Positions 1-13,304 of a stretch of DNA of 64,000 nucleotides are shown one piece after another. Location: NCBI RefSeq assembly GCF_009914755.1, contig NC_060926.1; one strand, 5' to 3'. The notes beneath the pieces are model-generated. The model was not told the DNA's origin and made no database searches. It worked only from the letters and a program-made list of their open reading frames with translations. Origin of the DNA: the human T2T-CHM13v2.0 reference genome, Homo sapiens. The position numbers and the translations under genes were made by a program. Each line of letters begins with the position of its first letter. Within the stretch, counting starts at the first letter, position 1.

Positions 1-316
1 GTCTAAAGTTTTCTTTCCTTATAATGCTTTTGTCTGATTTTAGTATTAGCTTCATGACAGCCTCACCAAATGCATTAGTAAGTATGTCCTTAGCTTCTAT
101 TTCCTGAAATAGATTATAAATAATTGGTATAATTTCCTACTGAAATGTTTGGTAGAATTCACCAAGGAACCCATCTGGGCCTGGTGATTTCTGCTTTGAG
201 CAGTATGATTGATTCAATTTCTTTAATAAATATAGGCCTATTCAGAATATTTATTTCTTGTTGTGTAAGCTTTGGTAAATTGTGTCTTTCAAAATAAATT
301 GGTCCATTTCACCTAG

Positions 317-751
<435 letters not shown>

Positions 752-1929
752 TAATCTAGCTAAATGTTTATCAGTTTTATTGATCACAAAGAACCAGCTT
801 TTGCTTTTGTTGATTTTCTCTACTGATTTGCTATTGTCAATTTCCCTGATTTCTGCTCTAATTTTTATTACTGCTTTTCTTCTGCTTAATTTGGATTAAA
901 TTTGCTCTTCTTTTGATAACTTCCTAAGGTAGAAGCTTGGATTATTAATTTTAAATTTTCTTCTTAAGCATTAAATGAAGCCTTCAGTGCTTATTTAAGC
1001 AAGACTTCCTTGAAGCCTTACTTCCCTTGCATCCCACACATTTTTATAAGTTTGTATCAGCATTTCTTTAAGCTCACTGATTTCTTCCCCTGCCACTTCA
1101 AGTCTATTAATGAACTCATCAAAAGCATTCTTCATTTCTGTTATACTATCTTTGATTTGTAGCATTTCCTTTTGATTCTTAGTTTCCATCTCTCTGCTTA
1201 CATCTGTTCTTGCATGTTGTCCATGTTTTCCACTACAGCCCTTAGTATATTAAACATAGTTACTTTGAGTTCCCAGTTTGATCATTCCAACATCACAACC
1301 GCATCTGAGTCTGATGCTGATACTTGATCTGTCTGTTTAAACAGTGTTTTCTGTCTGGTATGCACTGTAATGTTTTGCTGAAAGCCAGATATGATATACC
1401 AAAGTTAAAAAGAACTGAGGTAAATAGGCCTTTAGTATGAAGTTTTGTTTATCTGGCTAAGAGTTAGGCTTTATTTACTGATTGCTATAGCTGCAGGTGT
1501 CAGAGGCTAAAATTTCCACTTGTGTCCTTGTTTTTCACCTCTCCTACTATCTTCAGGTTTCCCTGCAGACCTCTTAAATAAGGTCTGAGACATGTAGTCC
1601 TTTCCGTTGTATTCTCATTATTCAAGCACCCCACTGATGTGGTGGTAATGCGTGAAGGGAGGGGAAGCATTCTATGATCTTATGATTAGGTTTCAGTCTT
1701 AGTGAGCCTGTGCCCCTGGGCTGCGACCTTCACAGGTGCTTCTCAGTTGTTGATTTTCAGTTTGCTAAGGTTTTTTGTTGTGAGAACGGAAGTGACAACT
1801 TCCAAGCTCCTTACATGACAGATCAGAAGTATGTTTAGCTTTTTAAGAAACTGCCAAACTTTTTTCCAAAGGGGTTGTAGCACTTTAAATTCCCACCAGC
1901 GGTATATGAGAGTTCCAGTTACTCCATGA

Positions 1930-2054
1930 AGGCTGGCAGTAGGATGAAGCAAGCAAGAAGCATACGGTACAATATTTAAGGAGGTACCCACTCTCAGATT
2001 TCAGTGCCTCTCAAATTTTGCTCACCTGCCTCACCTTATCCTAGAACCAGACCT
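1930..2054. mobile_element. MER96-like hAT MITE (degenerate)
   Basis: Degenerate TIR-like ends with AATATTTAAGGAGG..CACTCTCAG..TGCCTCTCAAATTTTG..TGCCTCACCT core, recalled from the MER96 consensus. Confidence 0.45.
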
Positions 2055-2208
2055 GTCTTCTACATCTTTACCAAAATTTGAAAGAATGTGTGTAGATTTG
2101 GAATTACTTTTTCTGTAAATGTTTGGTAGAATTCACCAGTGAAGCCATGTGGATCTGAGCTTTCTTTGTGGAAAGGTATTTAACTATACATCAGTGTAAT
2201 AAATATAA

Positions 2209-2596
<388 letters not shown>

Positions 2597-2826
2597 TAAG
2601 TTGTTGAATTTACTGGCACAAAGTTATTCATAAAATTTCATTATTAGGCTTTTAATCTCTGTAGAATCTGTAGTGATATCACCTTTCTTATTCTTGTTAT
2701 TGGTGACTTTTATCTTCTCTTTTTTTCCTAATCAGTATGCCAAAGGCTTATCCGAGTTTATCTTCTCAAAGAATCAGCTTTTTGTTTCACTAATTTTCTC
2801 TGTTGTTTCTCTAATTTTGACTTTGA

Positions 2827-3212
<386 letters not shown>

Positions 3213-5256
3213 TAATATATGCATTCAGTGCTACAAATTTCTCCCTAAGTGCTAACTGAGCATCACCCCACAAATCCTGATATGTTGTGTTTTCATTTCC
3301 ATTCAGTTCAAACTACTTTCTGATTTTTCTTTCTTCTTTGACTCACATTTTATTTAGAAGCATAAAGTTCTGGTTTCCAAATATCTGTGGATTTTCCACC
3401 AACCTTTCCATTATTAATTTCTATTTTAATTATACTGTGGTCAGAGAGCATACTGTGTATGAGGTAAAGTCTTCTAAATGTATTAAAATTTGTTTTCAAA
3501 CCTAGAATATAGTCTATGTCCATAAATGTTTCATGAACACTTGAAAAAAAAGTATATTCTTCTATGTTATATGGAGTGCTCTTTCAAGTCAGGCCAGGTT
3601 GGTTAATGGTTCAAGTCTATTATAATCTTGCTGATATTCTGCTTGTCCTATTATTTATTGAAAGAGTATTGAAATCTCCGTAATTATGAATAGCTACTTT
3701 GCCATAAAATTCTCAGCTTCTGCTTCACATGTTTTGAAGCATGCTATTAGGGGCAAAAATGCTTAAAACTGTAATGTCTTCTTGGTTAGCTGACCCTTTT
3801 ATCATTATAAAATAACATTATTTATACATACTAATAGTTTTTGCTCTGAAATCTACTTTGTTATTAATACAGCCATTTCTGCTTTCTTCTGACTACTGTT
3901 AAGCATGGTATATATTTTTTCATCCTTTCAAATGCTTTTTTCTTTCTATTCAAGGTATGTTTCTTATATACAGCATATACTTGGGTCATCAGATCTCACA
4001 ATCTCTGCCTTTTAATTGGGATGCTTAAACCATTTAGATTTGGTGTAATTACTGATATGATTAGGTTTAAGATTATCATCTTGAAATTTATTTTATGTCC
4101 TATCCATTCTTTTTTTTCTATTTATGGCTTTGTTTGGATTGAGAATTTTTAAAATTCCATTTCTGTCTTCCATTATTAGCTGTAATTCTTTGTTTTGCTA
4201 TTTTAGTGGTTGCTTTAGGGTTTATTGTTAAACCCCTTGCTAAAAACATAGCTTTGTAAGGGAAGGAATGGATGTCAGTTTTGTTCTCTGCTGTATCCTC
4301 ATGTTTAGAAGACTACCTGACACATGGAAGGCACTCAATAAATATTTGATCAATATACAAATAGAAAAACCAAATTATAGGTTACAAAGGCATATTAATG
4401 TTCATCTACTTAATCACTTAGATCTGATCATTGAAAACAGTTTTTGTGTTGTTTTCAATGATCAGATCTAAGTGATTGTTAATATGGCAATATATACACA
4501 CAAAGGCAAATAAAATATATAGGTTCTGTATAAAAATATTTGATAGGAATAAAAATGAACCAGATGCTATATAGTATTAATGTTAATACAGCCATATTCA
4601 AAAAAGTGCAAAGTAAGTAAAATAAAACCAGCTAAATTCAAATTAGGCTTGCTAATGAAAAAAGTATAAAAAGGAATGGTTATAAAAATATAAATATCCC
4701 CTGTACCACTTTAATGATTTTAATTGTATTGATAACAGCCACTTACTAATAATCTGAAGATGAATTGATAGACCATCTAAAACTCTGCACTATACTCAGT
4801 TCTTGCTCTCAGACAGGGTTTAAAGTAATATATTAAGTTATAATTATGTCTGGAGATATTATAACTATCTGCTAGAGCTAGGGTGCTCTATAGAATTGTA
4901 TGCAGTGAATCAGACACAGAAACAGTAATATTCTGCCAATTTCTCAAACCTCACAAATCATCTGGACTTTATAGGCCTAACAGAATCATTTTCTCCTTGG
5001 TAAGCAGGGTAGGTTTCATGTTGAATCTTAGCATTATTTGGAATGTGTAATTCTGAAAAATCACTACTGTAAGAGAAATGTATTAAAATATATTTAAGCA
5101 AAGAATTAAATGCAACCCAGGACAGTACAATTTGTATGAACGAAAAGAATACTATAGGTTCATCAAACATTACTGGTCAAAAATCTATAATAAAGCATAC
5201 TAAAAATATTTCTATTACTTTTGACCTGACTGTAACTAGCCAAGATTAGATATTAC

Positions 5257-5498
5257 CTGAGAGATTTCCTGTTGATATACTGTAAAATGTTCCTTGCTGA
5301 TCTGTGGGAGGTAGAATGAAGGTATGACTTCAGTGTCCACAAAGTCCAATCCCCATGTTTTTGTGAAGAAGTCAGATTCTCTTTTTGCTAATCTAGGATC
5401 GTTTAATGCTGCTGGGAGATTTACTTTGGAATGATATACAGTCCATCTATGTTGATCTGTAACTAGAGATGGGGCAACATATAAACTATGTGAATCAC
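5257..5498 (-). CDS. VPS54: VPS54 exon 3 (242 nt, coding)
   Basis: Translates (G)DSHSLYVAPSLVTDQHRWTVYHSKVNLPAALNDPRLAKRESDFFTKTWGLDFVDTEVIPSFYLPQISKEHFTVYQQEISQ, recognised as VPS54 N-terminal sequence. Acceptor ctttttgcag| and donor CAG|gtaata on the minus strand. Phase fits exon 2 (136+242=378 nt). Confidence 0.95.
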
Positions 5499-5999
5499 CT
5501 GCAAAAAGTAAACAAGAGAACTCTGTAAATGCTGTAAAATTGGTTCTATGTTTGAAAGTACACACTAGAAAACTAAAAATGCACAGATTCCATCTTACGC
5601 AAACCAACTAATCTTCCACAGTAAATGATTTAATAAAAATCAATCTGATTGAATAACCTTCAGCTGGCAGCATCAATTACTAAGGCTTTGAAAAATATGC
5701 ACGAGATAAAAGATATGCAAAATTTGAGAACTACGATTGCAGGGTGGAGTGAATAGTAAAGAAAGTCTTTCATGAACTCCTTTCCTTAATGTACAATTAC
5801 TCTATTTTTTTTTTTCAACATCAGAACTATGCTGCTTTCTATTATGTATTTTCTATCCTTTAATACCCCACTGTTTTTTAGAGGTAGGCCTCTTTTCTAT
5901 TATATCATGGCAGGATCTCCTAGATAAAATATCCTTTGGCTTATAATTAGGTGACATAAATGTTGCTGTGGCATTAACCATACAAGAAGGAAAATTTTA

Positions 6000-6642
6000 C
6001 TCTATTCTCATTATTAGTAGTGTATTTGTTCTATAAAGTTATTGTGAATATTGAATTAGCAAATATTGAACCACTGCTTGTAGGGAAACTAAAGAGTTAG
6101 GTTCCTGCGAGCCTTTGGTCACAATAGTTTCATCAACTGATCAATACATAACCTTGTTTTGTGTGTTTAAAGACGCCTTATTCAGTATACATCATTGATT
6201 CACTAACACCGAACTTGTGGCTAACAGTACTATAATTTATGCCTGAATGAAGCTTACACAACACATGTATTTTCTCCATAAGGGACATCATAGCCTTCTT
6301 GCACTTAGGAACTCCAGATAGCATTTTAGCACTGCGCTTAGGGGCAATTTAAACAGCAAAATCACCAACAAAAAGCTCCAAACATGTGGCACCAAGTAAA
6401 AACAGACCACAAAAAGAACATTAGTTTATAGTATGAGAGCTGAAACAAAAAGGCAGAGCTTTGTCTTGTTCAACTTCAGCTGGGAATGCATGTGTCAGGT
6501 ATCTCAAATCTTTCACTGCTCTGCACATGACTGCAAATTACCACAAATGTGCCGCAAGTAGTGATTTGGGGATTATGAATAAATATTAAGGAGTCAGGAG
6601 AATTTGCAAATACACAATATGCAAATGATGAGGGCTGACTGT
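6000..6642. mobile_element. MER82-like Tigger (Tc1/mariner) DNA transposon fossil
   Basis: GTTCTATAAAGT..GAATTAGCAAATATTGAACCA..TTAGGTTCCTGCGAGCCT..GATCAATACATAACCTTG, ending GAGGGCTGACTGTA. Recalled from the MER82 consensus. Confidence 0.65.
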
Positions 6643-6764
6643 ACCATGTTTTAACTAAGCAGCTTTCAATCTGTACCTTCATTTTCAACACTTTTTCAGT
6701 TTATATAAGTAATGCATGAAATACATTAAAAAAAAATTTCAATTTCCCAATCATTTCCAAATGA

Positions 6765-7046
6765 TTTTTTTTTTTTTTGAGAAACAGTCTCGTTCTGTCA
6801 CCCAGGCTGGAGTGCACTGCAACCTCCACCTCCCAGGTTCAAGTGATTCTCCTGCCTCAGCCTCCCAAGCAGCTGGGATTACAGGCACACGCCACCACAC
6901 CCAGCTAATTTTTTATATTTTTGGTAGAGATGGGGTTTCACCATGTTGGCCAGGCTGATGTTGAACTCCCTCCTGACCTCAAGTGATCTGCCTGCCTTGG
7001 CCTCCCAAAGTGCTGGGATTACAGGCGTGAGCCACCACGCCGGGCC
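6765..7046 (-). mobile_element. Alu (S-type, small internal deletion)
   Basis: Antisense Alu flanked by CCAAATGATTTT repeats. Confidence 0.95.
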
Positions 7047-7054
7047 CCAAATGA

Positions 7055-7350
<296 letters not shown>

Positions 7351-7472
7351 CCCCCAAATGATTTTTAACATCATAAAATTTACTCTTCTAACGTTGGTAT
7401 ATAAAACCTGACTACTCATTTAAAGATAATAGAAATCATCAGTAAAAATCCTACAAAAAAAAAAAGCATTAC

Positions 7473-7608
7473 CTGTGGGTTCCTTGGGACACACATCTGG
7501 CAGTGATGGCACAGGTCGAATGTGTTTTGACGGATCTACCTCTATTTTAAAGAAAACATCACTGCTGCTTCCTTGAGGCACTGGTGAAGAACTGTGGCTT
7601 GAAGCCAT
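7473..7608 (-). CDS. VPS54: VPS54 exon 2 coding part (start codon, 136 nt); the whole exon is 7473-7628 with 20 nt of 5'UTR
   Basis: MASSHSSSPVPQGSSSDVFFKIEVDPSKHIRPVPSLPDVCPKEPT(G) is the VPS54 N-terminus. Strong Kozak gcaATGg, acceptor ctcattttcag| before 7628, donor CAG|gtaatg after 7473. Confidence 0.95.
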
Positions 7609-8646
7609 TGCATAAAATCACCACTCAACTGAAAATGAGTAAGAAATACTAATTAAGACACCGCAAATCAAAATCCAAGTATTATACATGTCACAAATTT
7701 TCTTTCAAAAGCAAAAGAATTTTTCAAAATACCTCAAAGTAGGCAATTTGAATATTTGCTCTTAATTGGGAAAATTGATCACAATATTTAGTTTACTAAG
7801 ATAGTTATTTGTCCCCATTTTTAAAAAAGTGAAACACCCTTAATATTTTATTCAAAGTACAAAAAATACCAAGGTTGTACCCAACATATATTAAAGATTA
7901 AAAACACTCTATTCATTCAGCAAGTACACAGTAGTTATGCATTATAGCAAAACAGATAAGTGCATGGGTTTTGAAGTATCCCTGCTTAGGTCCATCTATG
8001 TTTACTCACTAGTGGTGAGGAAATTTACTTAACCTTTATGTATCTGTCTTTCCTCATCAGTGAAATGGAGATGAAACGAGATCTTATCTCATCAACATCC
8101 TGTTACCAATTATGAGAATGGACATAATAAGTAAAGCATTTAAAATAATGTCTGCCTCAGAGTTAGTATTCAGAGGTTACTGTCATTGTAATTATTACTA
8201 TGATGTGACTGCTACATAGTAATATAATGATTAAAAAATAAATAGTAATTAAATTCTTTAAAAAGGAAGTGTCATTCTTCAAAGAGCTTGCAACTGTATT
8301 AAGTAATTAAAACAAATATATGTAAGCAAAACACAAGTTAACCTATGTCTACATTTTAAAGTAAATACTGAAATAATTTGTGGAGCAAGACAACATAATA
8401 CAGGCTACAGGGTCAGGTAAGACTTTATAAATGAAGCAATATTGAAACTGGACACTAAAGAACATGCATTGTTTTACTACTGAAATGTTTAGAGATCACC
8501 TAGTCTAAGTTCTCTCAAAACAGAGAAGAATAGAAAGGCCCAGAAAGAATATGAGGTTTAACAAGTCTAAAAAAACAAAACAAAACAAAAAGCCAAGTTA
8601 GAAAATCTGGCAAAAAGATAAATAAGAGTAGGAAATGGGGAGCAGA

Positions 8647-8950
8647 GGCTGGCACAGTGGCTCATGCTTGTAAATCTCAGCACTTTGGGAGGCCAAAGCA
8701 GGCGGATTACTTGAGTCCTGGAGTTCAAGGCCAGCCTGAACGACATGATGAAACCTCGTATCTATAAAAATTACAAAAATTAGCTGGGCGTGGTGGTGCA
8801 TGCCTGTAGTCCAGTTACTCAGAAGGCTGAGGTGAGAGGATTGCTTGAGCCTAGGAGGCAGAGGTTGCAGTGAGCCAAGATCACGCCACTATACTCCAGC
8901 CTGGGCAACATGGTGAGACCCCGTCTCAAACAAACAAACAATAAATAAAA
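8647..8950 (+). mobile_element. Alu (J-like)
   Basis: Sense Alu with A-rich tail. TSD core GGAGCAGA. Confidence 0.92.
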
Positions 8951-9286
8951 AATAAGGAGCAGAGATATGAGGCAAGAACCCATGACAAATAGTTCATCTG
9001 TTCTAACTTCCCTCTAGTTTGCTGGAAAACTAAAAATATGTATCTGTCTCAGTACTTTCAAAGCAAAGGAAACATAACCAAATATACCATTCACTGAAAC
9101 AGTAAGAAACAAGCTGCTTTAAAAATACACAAAGATAAACAACTTCCTCAAGGTGCTTAAACAGAAAGCCTACAATAACATGAACAAAAGATAATGAACA
9201 CTGAATAATCAATCATAAGACTAAGGAACTGACTATAGTGGAAACTGACCTAAGTGAAATGTTTACACTGGGAAGAAGTGACAAAT

Positions 9287-9288
<2 letters not shown>

Positions 9289-9317
<29 letters not shown>
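9289..9317. repeat. (CA)n microsatellite
   Basis: Perfect AC run. Confidence 0.95.
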
Positions 9318-9322
<5 letters not shown>

Positions 9323-9674
9323 AGTTAAATTGTAGTTGGTTCTCTATGCAATAAGGAGACATCAGAGGTTTGGTGGCAAAAGTTCTGTGATGAAAATGCT
9401 ATTTTGGGAAAATTAAGAGTCTTTGAAAGGCCTCTGTCATTTATATCCACACACATTAAGTGTATGGTTGTTTCTGTATAAAAGTTTACACATATTTAAG
9501 AGAGATAAACATGTATCTTTATCTAAAGGATAATACACATACTTATCTAAAGGGTAAGAAACACTGTACAACACAGAAACACTGTACTAAGTGATAAAGA
9601 CAATTCTACATTTAAGATTGACCATGTTAACTTTCTCATTAATCAAATAAAACAGCAAAAAACATTTTTGAAAC

Positions 9675-12044
9675 TTTTTCAATTTTTGTGAGTACACAGT
9701 AGGTATTTATCCTTTGTGTTACTATCAAATTATACTTTTAGTTATTTTAAAATGTACAATAAAAATGACTTTTTACTCTAATCACCCTGTTAGGCAAGCA
9801 AATACTAGGTCTTATTCATTCTTTCTATTTTTCTGTACCTATTAACCACCACTACCTTCTCCTCCAGGCCCCCTTCCCCCACACTTATCCTTCCAGGCCT
9901 CTGGTAACCATCACTCGAGTTTCAATTATTTTCATTTTTAGCTCCCACAAATAAGGGAGAACATGTGAAGTTTCTCATTCTGTGCCTGGCTTACATAGTG
10001 ACCTCCACTTCCATCCATCTGTTGCAAATGACAAGATCTCATCCTTTTCTATGGCTGAATAGTTCTCTATTGTGTATATGTACCACATTTTCTTTACTCA
10101 TTCGTCTGTTGATGGACATTTCAGCTGTTCCAAATCGAGGCTATTGTGAATACTGCTGCAATAAATATGGATATCTCTTCAATATACTGATTTCATTTAT
10201 TGTATATTCTTAGGAGTGGGAATGCTGGATCATACAGCTCCATTTTCAGTTTTTCGAGGGACCTCCAAACTGCTCTCCACGGTGATTGTACTAATTTACA
10301 TTACCACTAACCGTATGAGGGTTCCCTATTCTCCACATCTTCGCAAGCACTTCTTAATGCCTGTCTTTTGGATAAATGCCATTTTAACTGGGGTGAGATA
10401 GCTCATTGTACTTCTGATTTGCATTCCTCTGATGATAAATACACCCATGTGCCATTTGCATGTTTTCTCTTGAGTAATATCTATTCAGATATTTTGCCCA
10501 TCTTTTAATCAACATATTGGATTTTTATCTATAAGGTTGTTTGAGCTCCCTATATATTCTTGTTATTAATCCCTTGTCAGATGGGTAGTTTGCAAATATT
10601 TTCCTCCCATTCTGTGGGATGTCTCCTCACTTTGTTGTTTCCTTTGCTGTGCAGAAGCTTTGTAACTTGATGTGATTCCATTTGTTCATTTTTGCTTTGG
10701 TTGCCTGTGCTTGTGGGGTATTTATTCAAGAAATCCTTGCTCACTTCAATGACCTGGACATTTTCCCCAAGGCTTTCTTTTCGTTGTTTCATAGTTTGAA
10801 GTCTTAGATTTAAGTCTTGCATCCATTTTATTTTTGTATATGGCGAAATAGGGTCCAGTTTCATTGTTCTATCCATGGATATCTAGTTTTCCCAGCACAA
10901 TTTATTGAAGAGACTGTCCTTTTCCCCAAGATTGTCCTTTGTTAAGAATGAGATCACTGTAGATGAATGGATTTATTTCTGGGTTCTCTACTTGGTTCCA
11001 CTGTTCTATGTGTCTGGTTATATGCCAATACGTTGTATAATTTGAAATCACATCATGCGGTTCTTCCAATTTTCTTTTTTTTTGCATAGGATAGCTTTGG
11101 TTATTCCAAGTCTTTTGTGGTTCTATATAAATTTCAAGATTGTTTTTTCTATTTCTCTGAAGAATTTAATTGGTATTTTGATAGGGAATACACTGAATCT
11201 GTAGATTGCTTTGGTTAGTATGGACATTTTAACAATATTGATTCTTCCAATCCATGAACACAGAATATCTTTCCTTTGTGTGTGTGTTTGCCTTCAATTT
11301 CTTGAACCAACATTTTATAGCTTTCACTGTAGAGACTTTTCACTTTTTTGGTTAACTCCCAGGTATTTTATTTCTAGCTGTTGTAAATCTAGCTGTTGTT
11401 ACTTTCTTGATTTCTTTTTCACATTGTTCAGTGTTGGCATATGTAAATGATACTGATTTTTGTATGCTGATTTTGTATCCTGCAACTTTACTGAATCTAT
11501 CACTTCTAATCATTTTTTGATGAATTCTTTAGGTTTATCCAAACATAAGATCATATAATCTACAAACAAGGATAATTTGACTTCTTCCTTTCCAATTTGG
11601 ATGCTTTCTTTCTTTCTCCTGTCTGACTGCTCCGGCTAGGACTTCCAATACTATGTTGAATAACTGTAGTGAAAGTGGGCATCCTTGCTGTGTTTCAGAT
11701 CTTAGAAGAAGGGCTTTCAGTTTTTCCTCATTCAGTGTGATAACAGCTATGGGTCTGTCATACATGGCTTTTACTGTTTTGAGGAATGTTCCTTCTATAC
11801 CCAGTTTTGAGGGTTTTTATTATGAAAGGATGTTTAATTTTATGACATGCTTTTTAAGAATCAATTGATATGTTTTTTCTCCTTCATTCTCTTGATATGA
11901 TGTATCACCTTTGCACATGTTGAACTATCTACATTCCTGAAATAAATCCCACTTGGTCATGATGAATAATATTTTTAATTGTTGTTGAATTTGGTTTGCT
12001 AGTATTTTTATTGAAGATTTTTTGCATCAATAGTCACAGATATG
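9675..12044 (-). mobile_element. L1MA-type LINE-1, 3' part (3'UTR and ORF2 C-terminal/RT remnants)
   Basis: ORF2p-like peptides [32 protein letters not shown] (11535-11765), EQWNQVENPEINP and WEENI. L1MA-like 3' end near 9680. Confidence 0.85.
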
Positions 12045-13146
12045 TGTTGCGGGAAGTCAGGGACCCCGAACCGAGGGACTGGCTGAAGCCATGGCAGAAG
12101 AACATAAATTGTGAAAATTTCATGGACATTTGTTAGTTCTCCAAATTAATACTTTTATAATTTCTTACACCTGTCTTTACTGCAATCTCTGAACATAAAT
12201 CGTGAAGATTTCATGGACATTTATCACTTCCCCAATCAACAATCTTATGATTTCCTATGCCTGTCTTTATTTTAATCTCTTAATCCCATCATCTTCGTAA
12301 AATGAGGATGTATGTCACCTCGGGACCCTGTGATGATTGCGTTAACTGCACAGACTGTTCGTAAAGCATGTATGTTTGAACAATATGAAATCTGGGTACC
12401 TTGAAAAAAAGAACAGGCAGGATAACAGCGATGTTCAGGGAACAAGGGAGATAACCATTAGGTCTGACTGCCTGGAAGCCAGGCAGGACAGAGCCATATT
12501 TCTCTTATTGCCAAAAACGAGTAAGAGAAATATTGCTGAGTTCTTTCCCCAGTAAGGAATATTAATAATTAACAGCCCTGGGAAAAGAATGCATTCTCGG
12601 CCGGGAAGGGGGGCCTCTAAAATGGCCGCTCTGGGAGTGTCTGCCTTACGCAGTTGTAGATAGGGATGAAACACGCCCTAGTCTCCTGCAGCACCCCCAG
12701 GCTTATTAGGATTAGGAAATTCCTGCCTAGTAAATTGTAGTCAGACCGGCTATCTTCTCTCAAACCCTGTTTCCTGATGTTTATCAATGACAGTGCCTGC
12801 ACAGCGGGACCGGGAACCTCATTAGTAATTCTAGTTTTGCTCTGGCCTTGTGACCTTGCCCTGTCCATTTGCCTTGTGATATTTTGTTGCCCTTGAAGCA
12901 CGTGATCTCTGTGACCCACACTCTATTCGTATACTCCCTCTTCTTTGAAAATTGCTAATAAAAACTTGCTGGATTTTCGGCTCAGGGGGCATCATGGAAC
13001 CTGCTGACATGTGATGTCTCCCCCAGATACCCAGCTCTAAAATTTCTCTCTTTTGTACTCTTTCCCTTTATTTCTCAGACTGGCTGACACTTAGGGAAAA
13101 TAGAAAAGAACCCACGTTGAAATATCGGGAACTGGTTCCCCCGATA
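12045..13146 (+). mobile_element. 5' LTR, MER11 type
   Basis: Starts TGTTGCGGGAAGTCAGGGACCCCGAA and ends GGTTCCCCCGATA, as I recall for MER11. Internal ~91-bp-period repeat (GAACATAAATTGTGAA..ATTTCATGGACATTT). AATAAA at 12957-12962. Confidence 0.9.
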
Positions 13147-13148
13147 TC

Positions 13149-13163
13149 TGGTGCCCAGCATGG
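13149..13163 (+). promoter_or_regulatory. Primer binding site (tRNA-Lys-like)
   Basis: TGGTGCCCAGCATGG matches TGGCGCCCAACGTGG at 12/15, 2 nt after the LTR end. Two of the three differences are CpG-type transitions. Confidence 0.8.
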
Positions 13164-13304
13164 TTTTTCTTTTTTTCCTAAGTGCACGTGGGAACCCGAT
13201 TCCCTTTGGTAGGTGCGGAGAAATGTCATCGGTTCGGTCCACAGAAATGCTTGTTCGACTCCCTGACAACTGGTGAGTAGTCTGTGAATTTGTCCAGGTT
13301 AACT

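Noticed and set aside
5236-5607. 123-aa ORF read as a stand-alone gene
   Set aside because: It is VPS54 exon 3 plus open intronic flanks. Splice sites delimit 5257-5498.
9645-9675. Possible TSD for the full-length L1 (AAAAAACATTTTTGA vs ATAAATACATTTTGA near 26041)
   Set aside because: Too degenerate and AT-rich to distinguish from chance.
12100-12290. ~91-bp-period repeat in the LTR resembling a repeat-spacer (CRISPR-like) unit
   Set aside because: Only two copies, present in both LTRs, an intrinsic MER11 feature in eukaryotic DNA with no cas genes.
12435-12674. Near-identical 79-aa minus-strand ORFs at 12435 and 20118 suggesting a duplicated conserved gene
   Set aside because: They are the antisense of the two LTRs. 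Their similarity reflects the homogenised LTR block, not protein-level selection that I can show.
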